Shown piece after piece: positions 30,559 to 39,201 of a DNA stretch of 64,000 nucleotides. Position 1 is the first letter of the stretch. Each line of letters begins with the position of its first letter. The DNA is from Flavobacterium sp. Lineage in GTDB: Bacteria > Bacteroidota > Bacteroidia > Flavobacteriales > Flavobacteriaceae. The notes beneath the pieces are model-generated. The model made no database searches. It had not been told where the DNA came from and was given only the letters and a program-made list of their open reading frames with translations. The stretch covers positions 734-64,733 of the forward strand of contig JASLID010000002.1 of NCBI GenBank assembly GCA_030153045.1, in the 5' to 3' direction. Made by a program: the position numbers and the translations under genes.

Positions 30559-31044
30559 CTAAAGCAACTGATTCGCTTCATCTTCATAAAACGCATCGAT
30601 AGAAAGTTTATTTTGCTGTGAAGCCATCACCGCCAAAGCATCGCAACGCTCATTTTGAGGGTGATTATTGTGGCCTTTTATCCATTTAAAATCTACTTGA
30701 TGTTTGCGGTATATTTTTAAGAATCTTGCCCATAAATCAGGATTTTTCTTTCCTGTGAAATTTTTCTTTTCCCAGCCAAAAACCCACTTCTTTTCAACAG
30801 AATCGACCACATACTTAGAATCTGAAACAATCAAGACCTTTGTATTTGGATTTTTTAGTTTCTCTAACCCGACAATGACTGCAAGCAATTCCATTCTATT
30901 ATTTGTAGTGTGTCTGAATCCTTCGTAAAATTCCTTTTTATAAGGAGTCCCAACTAATTCCATAACCACACCGTAACCTCCGGGACCTGGATTTCCTTTG
31001 GCAGCGCCATCTGTATAAATGTGAACTTCGTGGGTAGGATTCAA
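30559..31044 (-). CDS. rnhA: ribonuclease HI
   Basis: 161 aa. IYTDGAAKGNPGPGGYG, NNRMEL, SDSKYV and ERCDALA carry the DEDD catalytic residues. Confidence 0.92.
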   Translation of the reverse strand: MNPTHEVHIYTDGAAKGNPGPGGYGVVMELVGTPYKKEFYEGFRHTTNNRMELLAVIVGLEKLKNPNTKVLIVSDSKYVVDSVEKKWVFGWEKKNFTGKKNPDLWARFLKIYRKHQVDFKWIKGHNNHPQNERCDALAVMASQQNKLSIDAFYEDEANQLL

Positions 31045-31046
31045 AA

Positions 31047-31616
31047 TTATAGATTATTAGTGATTAGTTTCTCTATTGTTAGAGGGAAGTATTTGTGCTC
31101 TAATTCATGAACTTTAGCCGCAATTTCTTCTGGAGTTTTACAATCTTCGATATTTACTGATTGCTGAAAAATAATACCGCCTTCATCATAATGTTCATTC
31201 ACATAATGAATCGAAATTCCGGTTTCTGTGTCGTTATTTTCCAAAATTGCTCTGTGTACATTCATACCGTACATCCCTTTTCCACCATATTTTGGCAATA
31301 AAGCAGGGTGAATATTTATTATTTTATTTGGATACTCGGCAATAATATCGTCAGGAAACTTTAAAAGAAATCCCGCCAACACAATTAAATCAGGTTTTAT
31401 TTGATTTACTTTCTCAAGAACTATTCCTTCCGTTAAATCATTTTTAGAAAACACAATCGCTTCTACATCATGATTTTTAGCTTTGTCTAAAACTTTGGCA
31501 TGCAGATTGTTAGTGAGTACAGCAACTACATTTCCTTGATTACTGTTTTTAAAATGTAATATAATTTTTTCGGCATTAGACCCCGATCCAGAAGCAAATA
31601 TTACAATCTTTTTCAT
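31047..31616 (-). CDS. purN: phosphoribosylglycinamide formyltransferase
   Basis: 189 aa. IFASGSGSNAE, NIHPALLPKYGG and the GISIHYV context. Confidence 0.9.
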   Translation of the reverse strand: MKKIVIFASGSGSNAEKIILHFKNSNQGNVVAVLTNNLHAKVLDKAKNHDVEAIVFSKNDLTEGIVLEKVNQIKPDLIVLAGFLLKFPDDIIAEYPNKIINIHPALLPKYGGKGMYGMNVHRAILENNDTETGISIHYVNEHYDEGGIIFQQSVNIEDCKTPEEIAAKVHELEHKYFPLTIEKLITNNL

Positions 31617-31800
31617 TTATTTAAGATATAATGTGATTGGCTAAATTCAAACTAACATTTACCAACCTATGTGATTTTTATTACGCAAAAAAAAGAATAA
31701 TAAATGATAAATAATTAAAATTAAGTGTCTTTGTGAAATTAATTTTTTAAATTCGTTGCTATATTTATTAACTAAAATGTTGTTTTAAAATAAAGTTTTT

Positions 31801-31808
31801 TATTTTTG
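31801..31808 (+). promoter_or_regulatory. candidate -7 box (TATTTTTG) upstream of acpP
   Basis: Exact TAnnTTTG match, 31 nt before the ATG. Confidence 0.4.
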
Positions 31809-31838
31809 CCAACTAATTAAAATTTAAAATTAAAGATT

Positions 31839-32075
31839 ATGTCAGACATTGCATCAAGAGTAAAAGCGATTATCGTAGACAAATTAGGTGTTGACGAAAA
31901 CGAAGTTGTAACAGAAGCAAGCTTCACTAACGATTTAGGTGCTGATTCATTAGACACTGTTGAGCTAATTATGGAGTTCGAAAAAGAATTTGATATTCAA
32001 ATTCCAGACGACCAAGCTGAAAACATTGCTACTGTAGGTCAAGCTATTTCTTACATCGAAGAAGCTAAAAAATAA
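31839..32075 (+). CDS. acpP: acyl carrier protein
   Basis: 78 aa with the phosphopantetheine attachment motif [11 protein letters not shown]. Confidence 0.96.
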   Translation: MSDIASRVKAIIVDKLGVDENEVVTEASFTNDLGADSLDTVELIMEFEKEFDIQIPDDQAENIATVGQAISYIEEAKK

Positions 32076-32082
32076 CACACTC

Positions 32083-32117
32083 AAACATCTGTAAGTGCAA
32101 GCTTACAGATGTTTTTT
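32083..32117 (+). terminator. strong hairpin with T-run after acpP (terminator or attenuator before fabF)
   Basis: 13-bp stem AAACATCTGTAAG/CTTACAGATGTTT, a 6-nt loop and a T6 run. Confidence 0.75.
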
Positions 32118-32165
32118 ATTTTTTAATGTCTTTTTCAGAATCTTTTGTAGATTTGTAAAAACATT

Positions 32166-32180
32166 GATTGTATTACAATC
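32166..32180. promoter_or_regulatory. perfect 7+1+7 palindrome GATTGTA-T-TACAATC between acpP and fabF (possible operator)
   Basis: Read directly from the sequence. It lies 49 nt after the acpP terminator and 91 nt before the fabF ATG. Confidence 0.25.
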
Positions 32181-32270
32181 ATAAAAATATTTATGTAATA
32201 CCCCATTGTTTCTTTTAGTAATTATTAAAAGCACTTTGGGTTTTTTTATATTAAACAAAACCACACAACT

Positions 32271-33521
32271 ATGCAATTAAAGCGAGTAGTAGTAACAGGA
32301 TTAGGAGCATTAACACCCATTGGAAATAACATTCAAGAATATTGGGACGCTTTAGTTAACGGAAAAAGCGGTGCTGCCCCTATTACTTATTATGATACCG
32401 AAAAACACAAAACCAAATTTGCTTGCGAAGTAAAAAACTTCAATATCGAAGAATTTATCGATCGTAAAGAAGCCAGAAGAATGGACAAATTTGCCCAATA
32501 CGCTGTTGCTGCAAGCGAAGAAGCCATAAAAGACGCCGGAATTACAGACACTAATGTTAACAAACAACGTGTTGGAGTAATTTGGGGTGCTGGAATTGGC
32601 GGTTTAGAAACTTTCCAAGAAGAAGTTTTAAGCTATGCTAAAGGAGATGGAACACCACGTTTCAACCCTTTCTTTATCCCAAAAATGATTGCCGATATTG
32701 CTCCAGCTCATATTTCGATGAGAAATGGATTTATGGGTCCAAACTATACTACTGTTTCAGCTTGCGCCTCTTCGGCGAATGCCTTAATTGATGCCTTCAA
32801 TTATATCCGTTTGGGTATGTGCGATGTCATTATTTCTGGAGGTTCAGAAGCTGCCGTAACCATAGCCGGAATGGGAGGATTTAACTCTATGCAAGCTTTA
32901 TCAACAAGAAACGAAAGCCCGGAAACTGCTTCAAGACCATTTGACGCAACTCGTGATGGATTCGTGCTTGGCGAAGGTGCAGGAGCATTAGTACTTGAAG
33001 AATACGAACACGCTAAAGCACGTGGTGCAAAAATTTACTGTGAAGTTGGCGGAGGCGGAATGTCTTCTGACGCTTACCACTTAACTGCTCCACATCCGGA
33101 AGGAATTGGCGTTATTGCAGTAATGGAAAACACGTTACGTGATGCTGGAATGAATCCTGAAGATGTTGATCACATTAACACACACGGAACATCAACACCT
33201 CTTGGGGATGTTGCTGAACTGAAAGCGATTAGCCATGTATTTGGCAACCACGCTAAAAACATCAACATCAACTCTACAAAATCAATGACAGGTCACTTGT
33301 TAGGAGCTGCTGGCGCCATTGAAGCTATCGCTTCGATACTTGCTATGGAGCACGGAATAGTACCTCCAACAATCAACCACGAAGTTGTAGATGAAAACAT
33401 CAATCCTGAATTGAACTTAACGCTTAATAAAGCTCAAAAAAGAGACATTAAAGTAGCTATGAGTAACACTTTTGGATTTGGTGGACACAATGCTTGTGTT
33501 TTATTCAAAAAAATCAATTAA
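32271..33521 (+). CDS. fabF: beta-ketoacyl-ACP synthase II
   Basis: 416 aa. Active-site Cys context VSACASS, plus His contexts NTHGTSTP and GHLLGAAG. Confidence 0.95.
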   Translation: MQLKRVVVTGLGALTPIGNNIQEYWDALVNGKSGAAPITYYDTEKHKTKFACEVKNFNIEEFIDRKEARRMDKFAQYAVAASEEAIKDAGITDTNVNKQRVGVIWGAGIGGLETFQEEVLSYAKGDGTPRFNPFFIPKMIADIAPAHISMRNGFMGPNYTTVSACASSANALIDAFNYIRLGMCDVIISGGSEAAVTIAGMGGFNSMQALSTRNESPETASRPFDATRDGFVLGEGAGALVLEEYEHAKARGAKIYCEVGGGGMSSDAYHLTAPHPEGIGVIAVMENTLRDAGMNPEDVDHINTHGTSTPLGDVAELKAISHVFGNHAKNININSTKSMTGHLLGAAGAIEAIASILAMEHGIVPPTINHEVVDENINPELNLTLNKAQKRDIKVAMSNTFGFGGHNACVLFKKIN

Positions 33522-33529
33522 TTCACTCT

Positions 33530-34270
33530 ATGAGGATTATTAAAAAAATATTTTCAAAATCCCGTTCTCTTGAAGACGGGATTTTTTTTGATAAAATCCA
33601 AGAATTACTCGGCTTTAAGCCCAAAAACCTTATTCATTACCGAAAAGCTTTCACACATCGTTCCATGAATAAAATGGATGAGAAAGGAAATCCAATAAGC
33701 TACGAACGTCTGGAATTTCTAGGCGATGCTATGTTAGGATCGGTTATTGCAGCGCACTTATTCAACAAAGTCCCTACTGGCGACGAAGGCTATTTGACCA
33801 AAATGCGTTCTAAAATTGTGAGCAGAGAACATTTAAACGAACTAGGAAAAGACTTTAAATTAATTCAATTTGTAGAAAGCAAAGTCTCCGTAAATCATTT
33901 CGGAGAAAACATACACGGTAATTTATTCGAAGCCTTTATTGGCGCCATCTATTTAGATCTTGGATTTACATATTGTGAAAAATTTATTCATAAAAAAATC
34001 ATCAAACCGTACGTAGACATTGACCGTTTGGAAGGTAAAGTCATTAGTTATAAAAGTTTGTTGATTGAATGGTGTCAGAAAGAAAAGAAAGTATTCAATT
34101 ACGAAATTTACGACGATAATGGAACCGGTAATTTGAAACATTTTGGTGTTCGCTTATCAATCGATGACAAAGTTGTGGCTAAAGCCAGAGCTACCTCAAA
34201 AAAGAAAGCCGAAGAAATTGCTTCAAAAAGAGCTTATTTTGTATTTCAGTCACAGATAGATTCAAAATAA
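33530..34270 (+). CDS. rnc: ribonuclease III
   Basis: RNase III signature ERLEFLGDA and a C-terminal dsRBD (..AKARATSKKKAEEIASKRAY). The ORF track start at 33494 overlaps fabF. The Met at 33530 is the likelier start. Confidence 0.9.
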   Translation: MRIIKKIFSKSRSLEDGIFFDKIQELLGFKPKNLIHYRKAFTHRSMNKMDEKGNPISYERLEFLGDAMLGSVIAAHLFNKVPTGDEGYLTKMRSKIVSREHLNELGKDFKLIQFVESKVSVNHFGENIHGNLFEAFIGAIYLDLGFTYCEKFIHKKIIKPYVDIDRLEGKVISYKSLLIEWCQKEKKVFNYEIYDDNGTGNLKHFGVRLSIDDKVVAKARATSKKKAEEIASKRAYFVFQSQIDSK

Positions 34271-34525
34271 CCTTCATCCCAACGCAAATATTTTCCAAAA
34301 ATAAAAAACTTAATTCTTTTTGGTGAGCCAATAATTCTATTTGTCAATCCATTAAGAACAACTGAACCAAAACAAAACACTCCATTCGGATTAAAATAAT
34401 CTATTTATTTATATATCAGAAAGATATAAAATATAAGAAAAAGTTTGCAAATTTAATATGTGTGTTAACTAAATTTACATATTTTTGGCCCATATTTTTA
34501 ACAAACTAAATAAAAATTTTAAACC

Positions 34526-35059
34526 ATGGAAATGAAAAAATCATTACAAACAACCTTAAAATCATCTTTCGCAGCAATCCTTTTATCTGCATCTATCGTT
34601 TCTTGTGACAACGACGAATCAAAAATTAACACCGTTGAAAACACACCTGTTAACAACAGTTTCACAACAGCTAACAACAGTCTTTTAAATAGGATTAGAA
34701 TAAAATTCATGATTTCTATTGGTGCAAATTTAGAAAGACCAAGTTTAGGTTGTGATAGTGGATTTGGTATTTGTGAAATCAGAATAGGTTTAGCGAGCAT
34801 TGGATTTGATAAAGTTAATTTTGGAGTTTCAGATGACAATCACATCCACCTTGTAATGGAAAGAGAAAGTGTTGAAGAGGAATTCATCACAATTTCTGAA
34901 GGAGATGAGTCTATTACACTTGATCAAGATGTCGTTACTTTTTTCAAAAAAGAAGGATTTGATATCGCTAACATAAAACTTGTTAGAGGACAATATGCAG
35001 TTAAAGAAGAAGTAGGGACAGGAAAATACACTGTAGCAATCCCTTTTGAAAAGATCTAA
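34526..35059 (+). CDS. orphan hypothetical lipoprotein (cargo of the insertion downstream of rnc)
   Basis: 177 aa. Lipoprotein signal ..AAILLSASIVSC (lipobox IVSC), a Cys pair in LGCDSGFGICEI, and its own terminator at 35079-35112. No recognisable family. Confidence 0.6.
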   Translation: MEMKKSLQTTLKSSFAAILLSASIVSCDNDESKINTVENTPVNNSFTTANNSLLNRIRIKFMISIGANLERPSLGCDSGFGICEIRIGLASIGFDKVNFGVSDDNHIHLVMERESVEEEFITISEGDESITLDQDVVTFFKKEGFDIANIKLVRGQYAVKEEVGTGKYTVAIPFEKI

Positions 35060-35078
35060 TATAGAATCAAAGTAATAC

Positions 35079-35112
35079 AAAAAACTGCAACTTTTAAGGT
35101 TGCAGTTTTTTT
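35079..35112 (+). terminator. intrinsic terminator after the orphan lipoprotein gene
   Basis: 9-bp stem AACTGCAAC/GTTGCAGTT followed by a T7 run. Confidence 0.75.
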
Positions 35113-35279
35113 ATTTCCAATTATAAAAACCCAACCTCTGATTATTAAGACTCCGCAATTTACAGTTTAAATTTCACTAGCTAATCCAGCTAACAAAATA
35201 CATTCCTCTTATTTCGCCTCAAAATACTTCCATTTCTAAAAATGCTCTTTTCACCTATATTCAATCATTTCCACTGGCG

Positions 35280-35417
35280 ATTTGAAACATTTAGTTTTTG
35301 ATTATCAATCGATAGAAAAGTAGTAGCTAGAGCCATGGTAACTTCAAAAAAGAAAGCCGAGTAAATTACTTCAAAAAGAGCTCATTTTGTATTTCAGTCT
35401 CAATAAATTCTAAATAA
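35280..35417 (+). pseudogene. decayed duplicate of the rnc 3' end (dsRBD-coding remnant)
   Basis: Aligns with 34131-34270 at roughly 80 percent identity. It has a 1-nt indel (tggtgttcgc vs agtttttga) and an in-frame stop (gaagaaatt becomes gagtaaatt). Similarity continues into the downstream non-coding sequence, 34271-34296 vs 35418-35443. Confidence 0.7.
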
Positions 35418-35527
35418 TTTTATTCCCAACGCAATCGTTTTCGTTAATAAATTAGCACATTCCTAACACTGCAAAGTAGTTAGTGTGCCTGATAAATAGT
35501 ATCTTTACATTTTATTTGAAAGATTTT

Positions 35528-36007
35528 ATGGCTATTCATAAATTACAATTGGAAGATTTCGATCAGGTAGATTACAATTTAATTGCAATTCACACCGTGC
35601 TTGAAGATTACAGATTGGCTTTCAAGATAAATCAAAAATTGACCATTTTGCTTTCTAAAAATGAAAACGAAATCCCAATAACTGTCAACCAAAAAAAAGC
35701 ATCGTTTTCTAGATTTACTTTTGATGACGAGGAAAAAATGATGGTTTGGGACTTAATTCAAAACAAACAAGAAATAGAATCGCCAGTACAAACTCCGGCC
35801 ATTAATTTGTTTGAAGACAATAATGTAACCACACAAGTCACATTAGTTTCTGAATTAAAAAAAGTAGATTTCTTTTTAAAAATAGAACACGACAATCAAA
35901 TAAAGGTAAAAGATATTATAAATACAATAAATACGATTGATTCCATTAGTACGGTATATGAAGTAGATGCCAATGAAATTAAATCTAAAAACAACTTAAT
36001 TTTTTAA
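35528..36007 (+). CDS. IPExxxVDY family protein (conserved Bacteroidota protein of unknown function)
   Basis: The internal Met gives MAIHKLQLEDFDQVDYNLIAIHT, a variant of the family-naming N-terminal motif (LEDFDQVDY). It sits between rnc and pyk. The ORF track start at 35483 is an extension. Confidence 0.7.
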   Translation: MAIHKLQLEDFDQVDYNLIAIHTVLEDYRLAFKINQKLTILLSKNENEIPITVNQKKASFSRFTFDDEEKMMVWDLIQNKQEIESPVQTPAINLFEDNNVTTQVTLVSELKKVDFFLKIEHDNQIKVKDIINTINTIDSISTVYEVDANEIKSKNNLIF

Positions 36008-36010
36008 AAA

Positions 36011-37441
36011 ATGCCAACAACAAAGAAGACCAAAATTGTAGCTACTTTAGGCCCAGCCTGTAGTTCAAAGGAAGTTATAAAAGAAATGATTGAAGCAGGT
36101 GTTGATGTTTTCAGAATCAATTTTTCACATGCTGATTATACTGATGTTAGTGAACGAATTCAAATTATTCGCGAACTTAACGAAGAAAACGGATATACGA
36201 CAGCCATTTTAGCCGATTTACAAGGCCCAAAACTTCGTGTTGGTGTTATGAAAGAAGATGTAGTCGTAAGCAAAGGCGATATTATCACTTTTCAAACTGC
36301 CGAAGATGTTCCAGGAACAGCTGATCGCGTTTATATGACCTATGCTGCATTTCCAAAAGACGTAAGACCAGGAGAAAAAATACTTTTAGACGATGGAAAA
36401 TTAATTTTTGAAGCCGTTTCTTCCGATAAAAAAACAGAAGTTGTTTGTAGAGTCCTTCAAGGAGGTCCTTTAAAATCTAAAAAAGGAGTAAACTTACCTA
36501 ATACTAAAGTTTCATTACCAGCATTAACTGAAAAAGACATTAAAGATGCCATTTTCGCTATTGAAAACAAGGTAGATTGGATCGCACTTTCGTTTGTAAG
36601 AACGCAAGAAGATTTAAAAGATTTACGTGATTTGATTACAAAACATTCCGATCATAAAATTCCAATTATTGCTAAAATTGAAAAACCGGAAGCGGTTGAA
36701 AATATAGATCGAATTGTCGCTCATTGCGATGGATTAATGGTCGCTCGTGGGGATCTTGGAGTGGAAATTCCGGCACACGAAGTACCACTAATTCAGAAGA
36801 AATTAATCCACAGAGCCAAACTGGCTCGTATCCCTGTAATTGTGGCTACACAAATGATGGAAACCATGATTACCAGCCTAACACCTACTCGTGCCGAAGT
36901 GAATGACGTAGCCAACTCGGTAATGGACGGAGCGGATGCTGTAATGCTTTCGGGAGAGACTTCTGTGGGTAATTATCCGGTTCAGGTCATTGAAAAAATG
37001 ACTCAAATTATTCAAGCGGTTGAAGATTCACCGCTAATTACAGTGCCACAAAACCAACCGCAAATTAAAACCAATCGTTACATCACTAAAAACATTTGTT
37101 ATCACGCGGCGGTAATGGCTAACGATATTGAAGCCAAAGCTATCACAACATTGACCAATAGTGGTTATACAGCGTTTCAGGTTTCGGCTTGGCGACCTCA
37201 TGCTCACATTCTGGTTTTCACCTCTAACAGACGTATTTTAACCCAATTGAATTTGCTTTGGGGCGTAAATGCCTTTTTTTACGACAAGTTTGTAAGTACT
37301 GACGATACCATTGATGATATTAATTCTATTTCAAAACTAGAAGGTTTTGTTCAAAAAGGTGACATGTTAGTCAATTTGGCTGCTATGCCCGTTGCCAATA
37401 AAGGGATGGTAAATACATTGCGTATTTCGGAAATTGAATAA
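36011..37441 (+). CDS. pyk: pyruvate kinase
   Basis: 476 aa. KIVATLGPA, FRINFSH, MVARGDLGVEIP and ATQMMESM-like contexts. Confidence 0.95.
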   Translation: MPTTKKTKIVATLGPACSSKEVIKEMIEAGVDVFRINFSHADYTDVSERIQIIRELNEENGYTTAILADLQGPKLRVGVMKEDVVVSKGDIITFQTAEDVPGTADRVYMTYAAFPKDVRPGEKILLDDGKLIFEAVSSDKKTEVVCRVLQGGPLKSKKGVNLPNTKVSLPALTEKDIKDAIFAIENKVDWIALSFVRTQEDLKDLRDLITKHSDHKIPIIAKIEKPEAVENIDRIVAHCDGLMVARGDLGVEIPAHEVPLIQKKLIHRAKLARIPVIVATQMMETMITSLTPTRAEVNDVANSVMDGADAVMLSGETSVGNYPVQVIEKMTQIIQAVEDSPLITVPQNQPQIKTNRYITKNICYHAAVMANDIEAKAITTLTNSGYTAFQVSAWRPHAHILVFTSNRRILTQLNLLWGVNAFFYDKFVSTDDTIDDINSISKLEGFVQKGDMLVNLAAMPVANKGMVNTLRISEIE

Positions 37442-37471
37442 ATGAACTTCTGCGAAAGCGACAAAATAAAA

Positions 37472-38554
37472 TTAGAATTCAAACCGTAGTTGTACCACTA
37501 CGGTTTTTTTTATTTCAGTATTGAGGTTGGAGAGGGAAATTCCTAGCAAACGTACTGAATCTTTCATTTTTTCTTGATACAATAATTCTTTGGCAACCTC
37601 AAACAGTAATCCTTTGTCGGAAATAAAATAAGGCAAGGTTTTACTTCGGGTTTGTTGGGTAAAATCGGAGTATTTTATTTTTAAAGTGATGGTTTTACCA
37701 GAAATTTTATGTTTTTGCAATCGTTTGGACAGTTCTTTTGCAATACGATCTAATCGCTCTTCCATAAAAATTTCGGAAGTTAAATTGGTATTGAAAGTAT
37801 GTTCGGCAGCAACCGATTTAGTCGTTCGATTAGGCTTAACAGCACTGTTTGAAATCCCTCGCACCAAATAATAGTAATGTCGGCCACTTTTCCCGAAATG
37901 TTCATCTAAATATTCCAGCGTTTTCGATTTTAAGTCGGCACCTGTATAAATTCCCAACTGATACATTTTTTCGGTAGTGACTTTACCAACACCATAGAAT
38001 TTTTTGACGTCTAACGATTCTAAAAAAGCTTCTACTTCGTCAGGGTTGATGGTTTTTTGGCCGTTGGGTTTGTTGTAATCGGAAGCGATTTTTGCCACAA
38101 ATTTATTTACTGATATGCCTGCTGAGGCTGTTAAACCCACTTCATCGAAAATGCGTTGTCGTATTTCCTGAGCGATTAATGTAGCGCTGGGATTTCCTTT
38201 TTTATTTTGAGTGACATCGAGGTAGGCTTCGTCGAGCGATAAGGGCTCAACCAAATCGGTATAGTCCAAAAATATTTTTCGGATCTGCTTGGAGATTTCT
38301 TTGTACCGTTCGAATCGGGGTCTGACAAATATTAATTCGGGACAATTGCGTTTGGCTTGAATACCACTCATAGCACTTCGAACGCCAAATTTTCGTGCTT
38401 CGTAACTGGCTGCCGAAACCACGCCACGCACTTCGCTACCGCCCACAGCCAATGGCTTCCCTTTGAGTTCAGGATGGTCCATTTGCTCTACAGAAGCATA
38501 AAATGCGTCCATATCGACGTGGATGATTTTTCGTTGTGGATTAACATCAGACAT
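37472..38554 (-). CDS. dinB: DNA polymerase IV (Y-family)
   Basis: 360 aa. IIHVDMDAFYASVE, SLDEAYLDVT, and little-finger domain length. Confidence 0.92.
   Translation of the reverse strand: MSDVNPQRKIIHVDMDAFYASVEQMDHPELKGKPLAVGGSEVRGVVSAASYEARKFGVRSAMSGIQAKRNCPELIFVRPRFERYKEISKQIRKIFLDYTDLVEPLSLDEAYLDVTQNKKGNPSATLIAQEIRQRIFDEVGLTASAGISVNKFVAKIASDYNKPNGQKTINPDEVEAFLESLDVKKFYGVGKVTTEKMYQLGIYTGADLKSKTLEYLDEHFGKSGRHYYYLVRGISNSAVKPNRTTKSVAAEHTFNTNLTSEIFMEERLDRIAKELSKRLQKHKISGKTITLKIKYSDFTQQTRSKTLPYFISDKGLLFEVAKELLYQEKMKDSVRLLGISLSNLNTEIKKTVVVQLRFEF
37481..37511 (+). terminator. intrinsic terminator after pyk, overlapping the last codons of convergent dinB
   Basis: 10-bp stem AAACCGTAGT/ACTACGGTTT, a 6-nt loop and a T8 run. 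Confidence 0.75.
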
Positions 38555-38643
38555 GACACAAATTTAATTTTTTTTCACTGAGAAGTAACAGACATTCGTA
38601 AAGTTTGATTTTAAAAATACTATATCTTTGATAAACGAAACCC

Positions 38644-38725
38644 ATAGCCCGGATAGCAGTGGAAATCCTTTTTCTTTTTGTTGACAAAAGGAAAAAGATT
38701 GTAACGAATAGCCGGAAATAGCTCC
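38644..38725. repeat. hairpin-containing intergenic repeat, copy A
   Basis: ATAGCCCGGATAGCAGTGGAA-ATCCTTTTTCTTTT..loop..AAAAGGAAAAAGAT-TGTAACGAATAGCCGGAAATAGCTCC. Aligns with copy B over its whole length. Confidence 0.75.
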
Positions 38726-38733
38726 TAATAAAA

Positions 38734-39201
38734 ATGATAGAAATAGAACGTAAATTTTTAGTCTTAAATACCGATTTTATTGATTTGGCAGTGACCCAGA
38801 ATAGAATTGTGCAAGGTTATTTAAATTCGAACCCAGAACGAACTGTTAGGGTTAGAATTAAAGGCGAAAAAGGGTTTTTGACGATTAAAGGGAAAGGCAA
38901 CGATTCAGGCACTACTCGGTTGGAATGGGAGACCGAAATTCCTTTGGCTGAAGCCGAAAAGTTGTTATCTCTTTGTGAAAATGGTGTGATTGACAAAACA
39001 AGATATGAAATCCCATCGGACCAACACACCTATGAAGTTGATATTTTTGCTGGCGACAACAAAGGTTTAATTATGGCCGAAATTGAATTGGAATCGGAAA
39101 CCGAACCTTTTGAAAAACCCCATTGGTTAGGGCAAGAAGTTACTGGCGACGAGCGTTATTACAATGCCTATTTAAGTAATAAACCCTACAAAAGCTGGTA
39201 A
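38734..39201 (+). CDS. CYTH domain protein (triphosphate tunnel metalloenzyme)
   Basis: 155 aa. N-terminal ExExK motif (MIEIERKFLV) and repeated acidic/basic beta-strand pattern. Confidence 0.85.
   Translation: MIEIERKFLVLNTDFIDLAVTQNRIVQGYLNSNPERTVRVRIKGEKGFLTIKGKGNDSGTTRLEWETEIPLAEAEKLLSLCENGVIDKTRYEIPSDQHTYEVDIFAGDNKGLIMAEIELESETEPFEKPHWLGQEVTGDERYYNAYLSNKPYKSW

Noticed and set aside
30540-30596. Overlap of the 227-aa ORF with the 3' end of rnhA
   Set aside because: The internal Met at 30539 gives a typical hydrophobic signal sequence and removes the 38-nt overlap.
34519-35080. Two minus-strand ORFs (106 and 83 aa) opposite the orphan lipoprotein gene
   Set aside because: They are antisense to an ORF that has a lipoprotein signal and its own terminator. 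Their sequences are low-complexity and hydrophobic, as is typical of AT-rich antisense frames.
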